Positions 20,967 through 32,381 of a stretch of DNA of 63,350 nucleotides are shown here, piece by piece. The DNA lies in IMG/VR virus record IMGVR_UViG_3300020159_004055, positions 1 to 63,350 of that record; one strand, given 5' to 3'. Source of the stretch: a virus. Taxonomy: Duplodnaviria; Caudoviricetes. Position 1 is the stretch's first letter, and each line of letters begins with the position of its first letter. The position numbers were made by a program, and so were the translations under genes. Below the pieces are notes generated by a model that saw only the letters and a program-made list of their open reading frames with translations, was not told the origin of the DNA and searched no databases.

Positions 20967-23180
20967 ATGGCAAAAACCCCATTTATAAGACCTCTTCAAG
21001 TACAGGGTGGAACGTTTTACGCTTTTTCATCTGCTGCGGAAGACTTGTCTTTTACATTCAATAACTCAGTCAATAAGTTTAAGTTTTCTAAATTTGCACT
21101 GCTCAATATTCCTGACATAAATTCAGGGGATCCGCTAGGAAACAGTTTGAAGCTTAATGCTCCGGACAGTGCGTTTCTAGATTTGGCAAGTGGTGCAGGA
21201 AATATTATTACCGGTAATGCCAACGTAGATTTTTCTCAAAGCTTTCAAAGCTATTGTTTGAATCTTGAGACTACTATTTTGAGTTCTGATAACTACAATT
21301 CAAACCTGAAGCAAAACATCTCTGAAAGAGTATTTTTTAAATGGCTGAAAGAACTTGGAGGAATCAGATTTCAACCTGCAGCATCTACCCAGGTAGTTTC
21401 TACACTCGATCAAAATACTGTTTTGACGGTAAACAGCCTCCCAGTAACTCAAAAGAGATATGTTGAGGGCGATCCAACAGGAGGAACTGGTTCATATGGC
21501 CTAACCGGAGGAGTAACTTATGATAGGGTAGTTCAGTATGTCGGAAACCTGGACATTGTTAATTCTGTAAAAAACAACAATAACACCTATTCGGAGGTTT
21601 ATGTTTACGTCCCAACTAAGGACGGTAACACCCCTACGGTTCTTTTCAAAAATGTGGTTGACGAAAACTATTATCCTGACTATCAATGGACGAATAATCC
21701 AGCTGATCCTTTGGATGATGAGTATTTAACTGGAAGATCTTATGACGAGCTTAACCCAAGCGGATTGACAAATTTGGCAATTTTCGACGATGACGTTTTA
21801 GGATCACCTGACGTAACCTATGAGGACACAACCAATGGGTCGACAGGGTCTGGAAACTGGTACTCTCCAAGAGACACAGCTAATACTTATTTTACTGATT
21901 CATCATTTACAGATCCCACAGCTTTAATTATTTCCAAATCTGTTTCTGGTGCAACAGCAGGAGTAGGTTTTCAACAATATGTCAGAACAAAGCTTGACTC
22001 TGTAGGTATTGATTTTGATCCTGATTCATACAAGCAAATTGTTGACGATGCATCTATCTCAACCCTTGAAGAATTCAACTCAACATCTCTTTCCCAAGAT
22101 TTTGATTTCAACTGCGTTCTTATCTATTATGATGTTTATGATCCTGCGAATCCAACAGATTCTGCAACTAATCTTTATGGAGTTCTTTTCTTAGACGATG
22201 TTCAAACTACAGGGTCTGGAATTTATTCAATACCAACATTTAAAAAATACAAACCAAACATTGTTACCAAACTCAACGGTAACTCTTATGGTCTAAAAAT
22301 CAATATCAAGTTCGACGTCGACGTCGATCAGACTGGTGTTGAGCAGGCAATAAATGACTATTCGCCATTCTCACTGACAATGTTCATGGATGCTGTGAAT
22401 GTTCTTCAGGATGCTTCAAGTACCTTAAATAACAATGCTTCTGGGTTTATTGGTTTAGAAGAAAGGGTTAGTCAGATGGAGAATTTGCTTCTGACATCAA
22501 GCACTTCTTTGTCTTTGGATAGGAGAATAAACTCATTAGAACAAACCATTGCAGCTAATCAAGCATTGTTCAACAACACCCAGTCTGTCATGGGATTAAT
22601 CAACCAGAACTATGAACTAATTAGGGCTTTGATTAACAATGAGACATCGGTTGAGGTATCATACAATCTGGACTTGATCAAGCAAGGATCGGGTGTAATC
22701 GTTGATAGATCTATTCCTAATCAATTGACAATTTCGAATTCTAATGAGGATTATAATATAGGAAATAACTTAGGCGTTGTTACTTTACAAAATTCTGCAC
22801 CTAATGTGATTCCTTTGAGGAACTTTAGTAATTACGTCAAACACGTAAATAACGGGACTCCAATTTCGTTGACATCAGACCTTGTGATTAGAATAGACGA
22901 TTCTGCTATCAATTGGAAAAAGGGACAGAGCTTTAAATTTGGATTTGGTGACCAGATTTACCCTGGGGATTTCAACATAAGCTTTTTAACAAATGCTGTT
23001 GGGAAATATCCTATAGCAAATCCAACTGGGGTTGCTTACTCTAAGCTGATTATTTCGCTAGTTGATTCGGATCTTTTAGCTTATGATTTCATGCCTGTAA
23101 TTGAGATTATATGTGTGAATGAGGAAAACCAGATTTTCCAAGTAGACATAATTGGAAAGAGTTTAACAAACAATGCTTAA
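20967..23180 (+). CDS. Hypothetical virion structural protein
   Basis: 737 aa; beta-rich with a coiled-coil segment; in the structural operon. Confidence 0.55.
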   Translation: MAKTPFIRPLQVQGGTFYAFSSAAEDLSFTFNNSVNKFKFSKFALLNIPDINSGDPLGNSLKLNAPDSAFLDLASGAGNIITGNANVDFSQSFQSYCLNLETTILSSDNYNSNLKQNISERVFFKWLKELGGIRFQPAASTQVVSTLDQNTVLTVNSLPVTQKRYVEGDPTGGTGSYGLTGGVTYDRVVQYVGNLDIVNSVKNNNNTYSEVYVYVPTKDGNTPTVLFKNVVDENYYPDYQWTNNPADPLDDEYLTGRSYDELNPSGLTNLAIFDDDVLGSPDVTYEDTTNGSTGSGNWYSPRDTANTYFTDSSFTDPTALIISKSVSGATAGVGFQQYVRTKLDSVGIDFDPDSYKQIVDDASISTLEEFNSTSLSQDFDFNCVLIYYDVYDPANPTDSATNLYGVLFLDDVQTTGSGIYSIPTFKKYKPNIVTKLNGNSYGLKINIKFDVDVDQTGVEQAINDYSPFSLTMFMDAVNVLQDASSTLNNNASGFIGLEERVSQMENLLLTSSTSLSLDRRINSLEQTIAANQALFNNTQSVMGLINQNYELIRALINNETSVEVSYNLDLIKQGSGVIVDRSIPNQLTISNSNEDYNIGNNLGVVTLQNSAPNVIPLRNFSNYVKHVNNGTPISLTSDLVIRIDDSAINWKKGQSFKFGFGDQIYPGDFNISFLTNAVGKYPIANPTGVAYSKLIISLVDSDLLAYDFMPVIEIICVNEENQIFQVDIIGKSLTNNA

Positions 23181-23200
23181 AATTTCAATAGAACAATAAA

Positions 23201-26200
23201 ATGGCTTCAACACAAAATTCAATAAGTTCTCTAGTAGCTCAATTTCTTAGACTTCAAAAAAATGCTCTAGAGATCATTAATGGCCTTAATGAGGTTGCGA
23301 CCTCAACTAATGAGAATGTTCAGATTGAGTTACTTGATGAAAATGGATTACCATCTTTAGCAAGTATCCCAGCATATGGATATTTAAGAAGCCAAATCGA
23401 AAGGCTAGATTCGAATATCCAATCTTTAGCTGGCCTTGGTGACAATCTAGCAGCGGTAAGAAATCCTGATGGGACATACAGCCAAATTTATAGAGCAGAG
23501 CCAATCAAAGATCCAGCTGCATTGCAAAATTTACAAGTACCAAGTACTTTTGCAACTAGAGACAATTGGTTTTTCGAAAGTTTTCTGAGCCCTCTTCTAT
23601 ACATTACTATTGATGTAACTGGGCAAGTTGCTGATGATGCTGATCGGATTAGAGTAAAGAGAATCATTGCCAACGCGAACTCTGACGAGAAAAAAGCTTA
23701 TTTCGACCAAAATCTCAAGGGCAGAAATGATCTGACAGAGCAAACATTTATAAACGAGTTAGTAGATGCAGGAATCGATTATTTCGTCGATGAAGACAAT
23801 ATTGATTTGCCTCTTAGAACTATTAGAAACAAGGGTAATTTTAGTGTTATTTCTTTCTTTGATGATCTGGTCACTATCACAGATTCCAATGGCAACCAAG
23901 TTCAGGAAACACGTAGAAACTACAAATTAAACACGGTAAATTATACAGACACAACTTCCAATGTCACGAACGGAAGAACTTTGGCCGTTGGTAATACATT
24001 ACTGACTGGCGATGGTACGAGATATGAGATTACTGCAATAAACATTGAAGACACCTCGGTACAATTGAAGAGAGCTTCTGGTTATCAGCCTGTTCAAATT
24101 GGTGCAGACGTTTTGACCCTGTCTTCTGTTCAATTATCACCAAAAACAATACAGGTCAACGTTGGATTTGACGAGAGACAAGGTGTATTCTTCAAACAAA
24201 TAGACGACAATTATAATATAGTCGGATCAACTTGGTCTAATGGAGTTATTTTCTTCAGTAACGAGCTCAGAATCAATACGGACTCTGGTGTACAAACTTT
24301 GGAGCAGTTTTATTTAACTTCGGTTGCGGATTTGGGCCAGATTTTTCTAGGGATGGCCAAGGAGAAAAAAATAAATGCAATAAGTGGTTTAGTTCCCGAT
24401 GCACCAACCTTAGCTGAGACCAATTTTAAAGTTGTTCAGATTAACACCCAGTTAACACAAGGAACGGACGCCCAAACATTAAGTGAAAAAGTTGCTCTGA
24501 AGTCTACCCTGCAATCAGAAATTCAGCAACTAGATAATGCCATTACTAAGAATAGGTCGGACATTAATTCTTCATCAAATACAAACGTCAATTCTGGATC
24601 AAGAAATCAGACAATATCTTCCGTTACCACTCAAAACCTTAATTCTAGCGGGAACCAGAATACCAGTTCACTCCAGGCTAATTTAAACTCATTAACCGAA
24701 CAAAGGACCCAAAAGCAACAATTACTTTCATCTGTTGTGTCCGAAATAACAACTATTTCTGAAAATAATCCTCAGCTTAAGGTAGAGCCTAAATATCGAG
24801 TTAGAGGTTTTTGGGCAATCCCTCCTGCAAAACAAAGCCAGGTAACTGGACCTCAAAGTGTTATTCAATTTATTGTACAATACAGATATCTTTCCGAATC
24901 TGGGGCAGCGCCTGCTATTCAACAGATTAACTTTTTAGATAATAACGGACAGGAAAAAACCGGAGCATTTTCCAACTGGAATGAAATCAAAACCGAAATC
25001 AGGAAAAAAGTTTACGACCCAAATACTGGAACGTATGTCTGGGCACCAGAAGATACTGATAATGCGGATGCAACAAATATAAATCAGCTCGACGTTCCCA
25101 TCACAAAAGGGGAAAGAGTAGAAATTAGAATTAAATCTGTATCTGAAGCGGGATGGCCAGATAATCCAGTCACCTCCGATTATTCACAATCTATTATAGT
25201 ATCATTCCCAGCGAACGCGAGTACTCAAAGCACTACAGAGAGTGTAAGTTCTAATCTCAGGGATGAAGCTGTTCTAGCAATTCAGCAAGACCTTGCTTCA
25301 AAAGGAATTGATGGATTGCTCACTAAACAGGTAACAGTCGGAGGTAAAACATTTTATCTCGACGCAGTATCTGTTCTGAGTGGTTTTTACGATTCGTCAG
25401 GATCACCCCTTGATCTTTTCCAAAAGATTGCAGAATTGCAAGACGAGCTTAATTCATTAAGAGGTGTTGTAGAAAGATCTAGAGGAGCACTTGAAGTTTC
25501 TATAGCTGAACCTGGGTCAGCTGGTGGAGGAAGTCAGATTATAGTCAATGGATCTTCAATTACCCTTACAGCAGGATACTACAATCAATTCTTTAGCAAT
25601 CCTTTAACGTCGGATGCTGGTAAAATAGCATCATTTATATTCAAATTAAGGATCACAAATATTGGGGCAGGTGTACTGGAATTAGCATCTGTTCTCCCAG
25701 GAGGTTTGGACACATTGGCAGGAAGCAGCACTACTTACAGTTTGCCTGACGGGTATGCAACTAACCTGAGGTATGGAGAAACTCCTATTTCTATAACATC
25801 ACTTACTACTGCTGATATTGTCCCAGTAGGGTCAACTGGTGGTGCAAATAGTGAATCCCTTACTATGTATAGGCAAGCCCCTCCTTACGCTTCAGGAAAT
25901 TCTAATAGCCAATTTGTTTACCCAAGATGGAAATCGGTCGGATTGGACACTGATTTATACATAGCACCTTCCGCTTTTGCTTCCTCGTACCTTTACACTG
26001 GAGATTCTTCAGGTTTACCAAGAAATGGAAGTCAACTTTTACCTTATGATCCATCGGTAGCTGGAGTACCAACTGCTTCTGGAATAAATGCATCGGTTTG
26101 GAACGGCGGTATAACAGGAACTACCGGATCTTATGCTGGTGAAGGTAACGGAACTCTAAGTGAATTCTGTATTCATAAAGATCACCCAGCTCTGACAACG

Positions 26201-26779
26201 GGACTCAGCTTCACCAATCTAGTAAAACCTGATTATTCCGGAGGTTCGGTTGTTTATCCTTATTTTAGACATTCTGATTATTTCTACGTTGATAGCACAG
26301 TTCAAGGCTATCTTACCCAACTAGGTTATCAGCCTGCACAGGACGACTTCGTTACCGGTGCTACTGCATCAAGAGAGGATTCAATGTATCCTAATAAATT
26401 AGGATTTACAGCAAATGATGAATATCTGATTGGTAGATATACCTGCGGTGCTTACCTATTTGTAGCACCTCCAACTGCATCTTTACTACAAGTTGAAGGA
26501 TCTACACAATTAGCTTCAATGTATGTCCAAAGCGGAGAACAAAATTCACTAACTATTCCTATTGTATTCCAATTTAGAGCTGTAGATAAGCTCGGATACA
26601 TTGGAGGATTTAGAGCAGATGGAAACCCAACCAACGTGTCTTACACCAAGAAAATAGGAATTGATATACAGGTAAGGAATGCCGCTCCTTTCTCTTTTGA
26701 CCTGCAGGTAATTGGCAAATACAAAAATGACAATTTATCATCTCCTAACTTTTCTTCTGCAAGTGTGAATGTTGGATAA
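23201..26779 (+). CDS. Hypothetical virion structural protein with coiled coils
   Basis: 1192 aa; heptad segments (LQSEIQQLDNAI, IAELQDELNSL). Confidence 0.55.
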   Translation: MASTQNSISSLVAQFLRLQKNALEIINGLNEVATSTNENVQIELLDENGLPSLASIPAYGYLRSQIERLDSNIQSLAGLGDNLAAVRNPDGTYSQIYRAEPIKDPAALQNLQVPSTFATRDNWFFESFLSPLLYITIDVTGQVADDADRIRVKRIIANANSDEKKAYFDQNLKGRNDLTEQTFINELVDAGIDYFVDEDNIDLPLRTIRNKGNFSVISFFDDLVTITDSNGNQVQETRRNYKLNTVNYTDTTSNVTNGRTLAVGNTLLTGDGTRYEITAINIEDTSVQLKRASGYQPVQIGADVLTLSSVQLSPKTIQVNVGFDERQGVFFKQIDDNYNIVGSTWSNGVIFFSNELRINTDSGVQTLEQFYLTSVADLGQIFLGMAKEKKINAISGLVPDAPTLAETNFKVVQINTQLTQGTDAQTLSEKVALKSTLQSEIQQLDNAITKNRSDINSSSNTNVNSGSRNQTISSVTTQNLNSSGNQNTSSLQANLNSLTEQRTQKQQLLSSVVSEITTISENNPQLKVEPKYRVRGFWAIPPAKQSQVTGPQSVIQFIVQYRYLSESGAAPAIQQINFLDNNGQEKTGAFSNWNEIKTEIRKKVYDPNTGTYVWAPEDTDNADATNINQLDVPITKGERVEIRIKSVSEAGWPDNPVTSDYSQSIIVSFPANASTQSTTESVSSNLRDEAVLAIQQDLASKGIDGLLTKQVTVGGKTFYLDAVSVLSGFYDSSGSPLDLFQKIAELQDELNSLRGVVERSRGALEVSIAEPGSAGGGSQIIVNGSSITLTAGYYNQFFSNPLTSDAGKIASFIFKLRITNIGAGVLELASVLPGGLDTLAGSSTTYSLPDGYATNLRYGETPISITSLTTADIVPVGSTGGANSESLTMYRQAPPYASGNSNSQFVYPRWKSVGLDTDLYIAPSAFASSYLYTGDSSGLPRNGSQLLPYDPSVAGVPTASGINASVWNGGITGTTGSYAGEGNGTLSEFCIHKDHPALTTGLSFTNLVKPDYSGGSVVYPYFRHSDYFYVDSTVQGYLTQLGYQPAQDDFVTGATASREDSMYPNKLGFTANDEYLIGRYTCGAYLFVAPPTASLLQVEGSTQLASMYVQSGEQNSLTIPIVFQFRAVDKLGYIGGFRADGNPTNVSYTKKIGIDIQVRNAAPFSFDLQVIGKYKNDNLSSPNFSSASVNVG

Positions 26780-26813
26780 GTTTATTATATAAGAGACCGA
26801 AAACAGAATTTAG

Positions 26814-29800
26814 ATGGCTGCACCGAAACTATATGATTATAATTCATCCTTTGGCTTAACAAGGGTAAATCCAAAATTAACGGGAAATGTAAAGGTTACA
26901 CTTGACTCAGAAGGAGGGGTTTGGCTCAATTCTTTCAACGTCAATCCAACACTCAGCCAAGATAGGTATAAAAAATTTCAAGTCACTGGTGATCAAACAT
27001 TTGCCAATGACATTTACAATTTTTTTGATCGCGGAAGGGTTTCAAATGATCTCATTTTTCAGGTTGGCCAATTTACTGATGGAACTAATAAAGCGGTAGA
27101 GAATTTTCAATCACAGTATGACTTCTTTTATGGATCAGGTGCATCAACCCTTGTTGATAAAAATTATCCGGAAAATTTCAGTTATCTCCAACCTTTATGG
27201 CTTAGAAACGAGCTTCCCGAATTTTTCGTAATTTTCAAACTTCCAGAGCCATTAAGTTATCCTTACACAGAAAATGTTACAACAATCGAGGTTGGCAAAC
27301 AGTACAAGGTAATTCAAGCTCCTGATTCTGATTTTCCATTTACTATTTCTTATGGAACAGATAACTCCGGATCACCTGTTATTTACGGAGAGAATGAAAT
27401 TTTTACAGGCTTACAGCTTTTCAATAATTACAATGTTTTGACCGGATCCGGATCCGTTGCTGAAATGGATGAGCTGAAGTTTCAGCCTCAAGTAAGTGAT
27501 GTTGAATCTTTCTTCAACACAAAAGTTCTACCAAACGCAAGTGTTGTTGCTACATTCGATTTAAGGGAGGATACAAATATTGGTAAATACATTCGATCAA
27601 TAGTCAATAACACTGGATATAAGCAATCCCCAATAGATTTTTCTTTCCAATTGAATACTTATACATACTTCAATGGGGCTTCGGTCAAGGATGGTGTTTT
27701 TACAAGTAAAGGAGAACTTCTTTATGATTACCTTATCGGATCTGGTTCTTCCATACAGTCTGACTTTGAGAACTACGTAACCGGTGGTTTTGAAAGGAAT
27801 GGCGTAGTATGTTCCAATGTTCTAAATCTCGAATTTCTTTTTAATGATACTGACTCCGATTTATATTCTATCAATAGGTATTTTGGATTCTATGTTTCTA
27901 AGAATGATACTGGGGATTTCCTCCTAAATGGAAATTACTTCTACGAATTTAAGAACAATGATGAGAATTTAAATTTACCCAAACCATCTAGAAATAACGT
28001 TGGATTTTACAACAGTAACACATCCGCTTATCAATCTAGCACTGGAGGGGTTAGACTTTTTTACGAGGGAGCTTCAGGATGGATCCCGGGATCATACGAT
28101 ACCAATGTATTGAATCCACAGAAGCTTTTTTATATCACAGACAAGAAGGATCGGTTTTATTCACTTAAAAGATTTGAAAACTATAATTCATCAACAGATA
28201 CCTGGGAAAATAATACACCTCCATACTGCCAATATGGACCATTTGACGGGCAGACTTTTGGGATCACTGCCAATCCTCAATTACCCACGGGTTCTGTAGT
28301 TATTCCTAATCGTTCTGTTGATTTAAGTAATTTCACCGGTGTTGGTGATAAACTTGGTTCATTTCCAGGAATTCTCCCAAGAAGTAACGGTAAAGCAAAT
28401 ATTGGAATTGAGTTCCTTCAGCCTTTGGAACTTAATAACGAAATCGTTTTCAAAGTTTTCTGGCCAAACGGAACTTTGTCAGAAAGTGCCGGAAAATATG
28501 ACCTAATAAAATCCGGTGAATTTGGTGGCACCTTGGTAGGTTGGAGGGCAGGATCTTCCTATAATGTTGGTAACCAACATTTTTTCAACGCCATCGGCGG
28601 GGTTACTTCTGACATAGCAAAATCATTTTCCGAATGTGTTTATGCAGTAAGTGATGTTGTCTGGGATTCTGCAATTTCGCAATCTACTTCTATTATCAGA
28701 ACGAAAGCATCTGGCTCTAAATTAAACAACGAATTTAGAGTTGCTGTTTTCGACGATTATTCTACTTTTTCAAATAACTATGTCGGAATTTGGGATACAA
28801 ACTCTGGGTACACTTCTGGTCAGATTGCTGATTTTGCTGGCAATTTTTACGAGGCTCAAAATAATATTTCACAAGTAAGCCCAGGAAACGAAAACATTGA
28901 TCCTGCTAACGACATAATTAACTGGAATCTTTACTCAACATTTTCTAATAGTGGCTATATTAGAATCAATGGAACTGATGCTTCCCAATTACAAGGAACT
29001 GTAACATTTGAGGGTGGAACCGACTATCCTTTATCCAGGGTAGCTTTCAGTATTCAGGACCAGGAAAAAATCCAGGAGGGATATTGGATAGAAGTTCAAA
29101 CGGGTACTGGAATTACAGGGGGAGTTTCTAGAATTTCTTCAATTACCAGATATGTTGATAATCCAGCTTTTGACTCCAGCGGGGATGTTTCCGCTTTTGT
29201 TGGGTATCAGGAATTTCTTGTAGCAAATCTAGAGGATGAAAAAGCAATCATTAGTCTTGGATCTAATAATATGTTCAACGTTTATGAGATGCCTAAGGTT
29301 AATGCGGGGGTTTTCTCATTCTTTGACGTAAAGGAGTTTGATTTCGATTTCTGGGCTTCTAATTACGGAATAACACCAACCGCTGAATTCAATAGATATT
29401 TCCAAATTGTTCCCGAGCAAGCTGGACAAATCAAGAGCGGTGTTAAATATCTGGTAAGATCTGGACAGATCCTTATAAACAAAGGAACTCCATCCGAAAC
29501 AATTGTTCTGGCAGGTACGGCTTTTATTGGTGGGTCTGTTGATTATTTTGAGGATATTTCTGCAGCATCTACGGGAATAAATTCTGTTGTAGTGCCAGCA
29601 ATATTCACACAGATTCCATGGGTCAGTACATCAACGACTTACGATATTGCTCAAATTTTAGCAGAGCAGAATTTAGATACTTTTGATGGATTCTATGGAA
29701 TACAATCTATCAACGCATCCTCCAGCGTTTCACAGCAGAATACAAAAGAGTACATTTTCAATTACGGAAAACTTGACACCGAGTACGAATACCTCGAAGA

Positions 29801-32336
29801 AAATTATACGAGGCCTAGGGCTAACAGATCTAAGCTTGTTCCTTACATAAATAAATGGGGTTATTTTGGCGGAACTGATGCCAGAGGAAATTCCTACAGG
29901 CTAAACGTTTCTCCTGCATTCAGCCCCACTAATTTTTCTCCAAGTTTTGAAAAAGAAACTCCGGATCCTAGATACCTAACACACGAATGGTGGCTTTTAG
30001 AAGGGGTTCCTCAAGACTTTCCCATAAATTCAATTGAATCTCAAAATAACTATCTGCCATCAACGGTTAATTTGTCTAGGATAAGAAGCGCTGACCCGGA
30101 TGACTCGCTTTACTTCTCTTCTTTCTTTACCGTCGATCCAACCGATTATCCAGCACCGTACTCGATTGCAGCTAACACAACCAAAGAACTATTCACACCC
30201 TTTGTTTATAATACTTCGACAGGTTTTTATGATACTTTATTTAGAGGTGCCAAAATATCTTTAAAGAGAAGAAGCACTGTACAAAATCCTCAAAGCGATC
30301 TTGAAAAATATGTACCAAATTACAGAGGATTCGAGGATTATAAGTTTGCATCTATTTTAAGAGTGGTTCCCGAGGACAGTACTAGTATACAGTCTCCGGT
30401 TACTTATGAGATCATAGAAAACACCCAGCAAAAATGTCTCCTATTCGTATGTAGCGTGGTTCTAAAGGACTATCGTGCTCTTCCCTTAGGATATACTGGT
30501 GGCACGGGCGGAAGTCCAGTACTGGACTATTTATTGATGTATTCACTGAGTGATAAAAAGAAGGATGCTGGAATAGGAAACACTGGTGCAAGTGGAGGTT
30601 CTATACTATATGCTATCGATGACATAAAACTTTCTTCTGCCTTGGATTTGTCCATAACTTCACAAAGTTCTGTGACAAGTGTAACTAATCCTGGATACAT
30701 TTATTCAATAGCTAATCCAGATTATGATACGGACCTCAGAGAAGAAATAAGTTTGATCTATCCTGTGGGTGGAACTGCTTCAATTTCACCAACGGGTACT
30801 GGAAGTTTTTCTGTACCTAATATTTCATCAACTTATCCTTGGCCAACTGGAAGATCCCAAAATCTGGTGTCTTTCGGACCGGTTGGAACTAACTATACAT
30901 TCACAATACCTTTTGCATTCTCCTCTCCGGTTACGATTCCTGTTGGACCTAGAAGTGCATATGCGGGGAACCCAGTTTTTCAACTTGGTGGTGGTGAAAA
31001 GTATTTTGATTTCATCATGAGAAGAATTTCTCTATCTCAGGTTGCAAGCAGAATCAATAACGAAAGTCCTTACGTAACTTACTCTACTTATTCTTGGAAT
31101 GAAACCACGCAAACTACCGAGATCAGAAGCAATTATTTCCAGATAAGCTTTAGTCAACCAACAGCTTTATTCCGACCGAACGGTACTTTCCCAGTCGAAG
31201 ATTATTCCGGTCCTCAAACACTTGGACAGAATCAACCAACTGGTTTTGAAATAGGAGTATCTCAAAATTATAGATCAGACATTCTAAGATATGCTGGACC
31301 TTATGAACCTCTTTTCAGAAAAATTATGTTGTTCAAAAATGACAAAACTGATGCTCTGAATGGATATTCTTCTATTGATTTAAGTTATCGAAACTGCACC
31401 TTCGCTCCAGAGAAAAACAACTTTGGAGTACTTAGGAATTTGAATTACAGCAAAGTTTCACTGGGAAGGAATATCTTGGAAAAATCTGCAAATCTTCCTC
31501 TCGGGCCGGTCTATCCATTAATTGGGGAGAGCCCTATAGATAAGAAAGATTTCTCGATCTTCCTCTCCTCGTGGGATCCTGGGTATTACAACCTTTATAC
31601 ATCTTCAACACAAAACGATGCAGTAGCAGGAACTCGCAGCATGGCGGAAAGAAAGAGCTTCTTCGGATCTAAAATGATGCAAACCCCTTACACCATCAAT
31701 GCATATACTTTCATCACTCTTCAACTTTCAAGAATAACTGGACAAACTGATGTTCAGAAGATAAATCAAGAAGCGGGAGCTGCATTATCTGCAATTCAGA
31801 ATATAAACAAGCAAACCTCAGGTACGGGAATTGGTCAATTAGGTACTGTTTTCACCAGTGTGGATCTCCCTGTTTTCGATGAGGGGATATACCCAGACGT
31901 TGAAGTCTTTTGGCAAAAGATTGAAAAAACAAACACTCTTATAGGAACTATACGTTTGGATCGTATTCTTAGAAGATTTTTGCTCAACGCAGGAATAAGC
32001 AAGGTGTTTGTCGAAAACATGATCAGCGAGTACGGTGTTGGAGATCCCGATAATATTAATGATGACGTTAAAGCTTACATTGACCAGAACATCGTTCCCA
32101 TATTTGAGGGAATAGCTTTTGAGCTCTATGTCAAAAAGACAGGTACAGCACTTTCAGCAAATGAATTGTTAGTAAGAGGTGACTTGATTAACCCGGACAG
32201 AATTAGATATTCTTATTATTTGGAACCTAATTTCAAGCTTACTCGAAGAACTGCACTGTCATACACATTTGAGCTACCACTTGAATCTGGTAAAAATTAT
32301 TCTACAACTTTCTCGTTTCGTATTCAGAAAATATAA
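26814..32336 (+). CDS. Very large hypothetical virion (baseplate/tail) protein
   Basis: 1840-aa ORF; includes a CBM5/12-like segment WDTNSGYTSGQIADFAGNFYEA. Confidence 0.55.
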   Translation: MAAPKLYDYNSSFGLTRVNPKLTGNVKVTLDSEGGVWLNSFNVNPTLSQDRYKKFQVTGDQTFANDIYNFFDRGRVSNDLIFQVGQFTDGTNKAVENFQSQYDFFYGSGASTLVDKNYPENFSYLQPLWLRNELPEFFVIFKLPEPLSYPYTENVTTIEVGKQYKVIQAPDSDFPFTISYGTDNSGSPVIYGENEIFTGLQLFNNYNVLTGSGSVAEMDELKFQPQVSDVESFFNTKVLPNASVVATFDLREDTNIGKYIRSIVNNTGYKQSPIDFSFQLNTYTYFNGASVKDGVFTSKGELLYDYLIGSGSSIQSDFENYVTGGFERNGVVCSNVLNLEFLFNDTDSDLYSINRYFGFYVSKNDTGDFLLNGNYFYEFKNNDENLNLPKPSRNNVGFYNSNTSAYQSSTGGVRLFYEGASGWIPGSYDTNVLNPQKLFYITDKKDRFYSLKRFENYNSSTDTWENNTPPYCQYGPFDGQTFGITANPQLPTGSVVIPNRSVDLSNFTGVGDKLGSFPGILPRSNGKANIGIEFLQPLELNNEIVFKVFWPNGTLSESAGKYDLIKSGEFGGTLVGWRAGSSYNVGNQHFFNAIGGVTSDIAKSFSECVYAVSDVVWDSAISQSTSIIRTKASGSKLNNEFRVAVFDDYSTFSNNYVGIWDTNSGYTSGQIADFAGNFYEAQNNISQVSPGNENIDPANDIINWNLYSTFSNSGYIRINGTDASQLQGTVTFEGGTDYPLSRVAFSIQDQEKIQEGYWIEVQTGTGITGGVSRISSITRYVDNPAFDSSGDVSAFVGYQEFLVANLEDEKAIISLGSNNMFNVYEMPKVNAGVFSFFDVKEFDFDFWASNYGITPTAEFNRYFQIVPEQAGQIKSGVKYLVRSGQILINKGTPSETIVLAGTAFIGGSVDYFEDISAASTGINSVVVPAIFTQIPWVSTSTTYDIAQILAEQNLDTFDGFYGIQSINASSSVSQQNTKEYIFNYGKLDTEYEYLEENYTRPRANRSKLVPYINKWGYFGGTDARGNSYRLNVSPAFSPTNFSPSFEKETPDPRYLTHEWWLLEGVPQDFPINSIESQNNYLPSTVNLSRIRSADPDDSLYFSSFFTVDPTDYPAPYSIAANTTKELFTPFVYNTSTGFYDTLFRGAKISLKRRSTVQNPQSDLEKYVPNYRGFEDYKFASILRVVPEDSTSIQSPVTYEIIENTQQKCLLFVCSVVLKDYRALPLGYTGGTGGSPVLDYLLMYSLSDKKKDAGIGNTGASGGSILYAIDDIKLSSALDLSITSQSSVTSVTNPGYIYSIANPDYDTDLREEISLIYPVGGTASISPTGTGSFSVPNISSTYPWPTGRSQNLVSFGPVGTNYTFTIPFAFSSPVTIPVGPRSAYAGNPVFQLGGGEKYFDFIMRRISLSQVASRINNESPYVTYSTYSWNETTQTTEIRSNYFQISFSQPTALFRPNGTFPVEDYSGPQTLGQNQPTGFEIGVSQNYRSDILRYAGPYEPLFRKIMLFKNDKTDALNGYSSIDLSYRNCTFAPEKNNFGVLRNLNYSKVSLGRNILEKSANLPLGPVYPLIGESPIDKKDFSIFLSSWDPGYYNLYTSSTQNDAVAGTRSMAERKSFFGSKMMQTPYTINAYTFITLQLSRITGQTDVQKINQEAGAALSAIQNINKQTSGTGIGQLGTVFTSVDLPVFDEGIYPDVEVFWQKIEKTNTLIGTIRLDRILRRFLLNAGISKVFVENMISEYGVGDPDNINDDVKAYIDQNIVPIFEGIAFELYVKKTGTALSANELLVRGDLINPDRIRYSYYLEPNFKLTRRTALSYTFELPLESGKNYSTTFSFRIQKI

Positions 32337-32381
32337 GGTCATTGGCTAGGTTGAATATATAAACAAAGTCAATGAAATAAA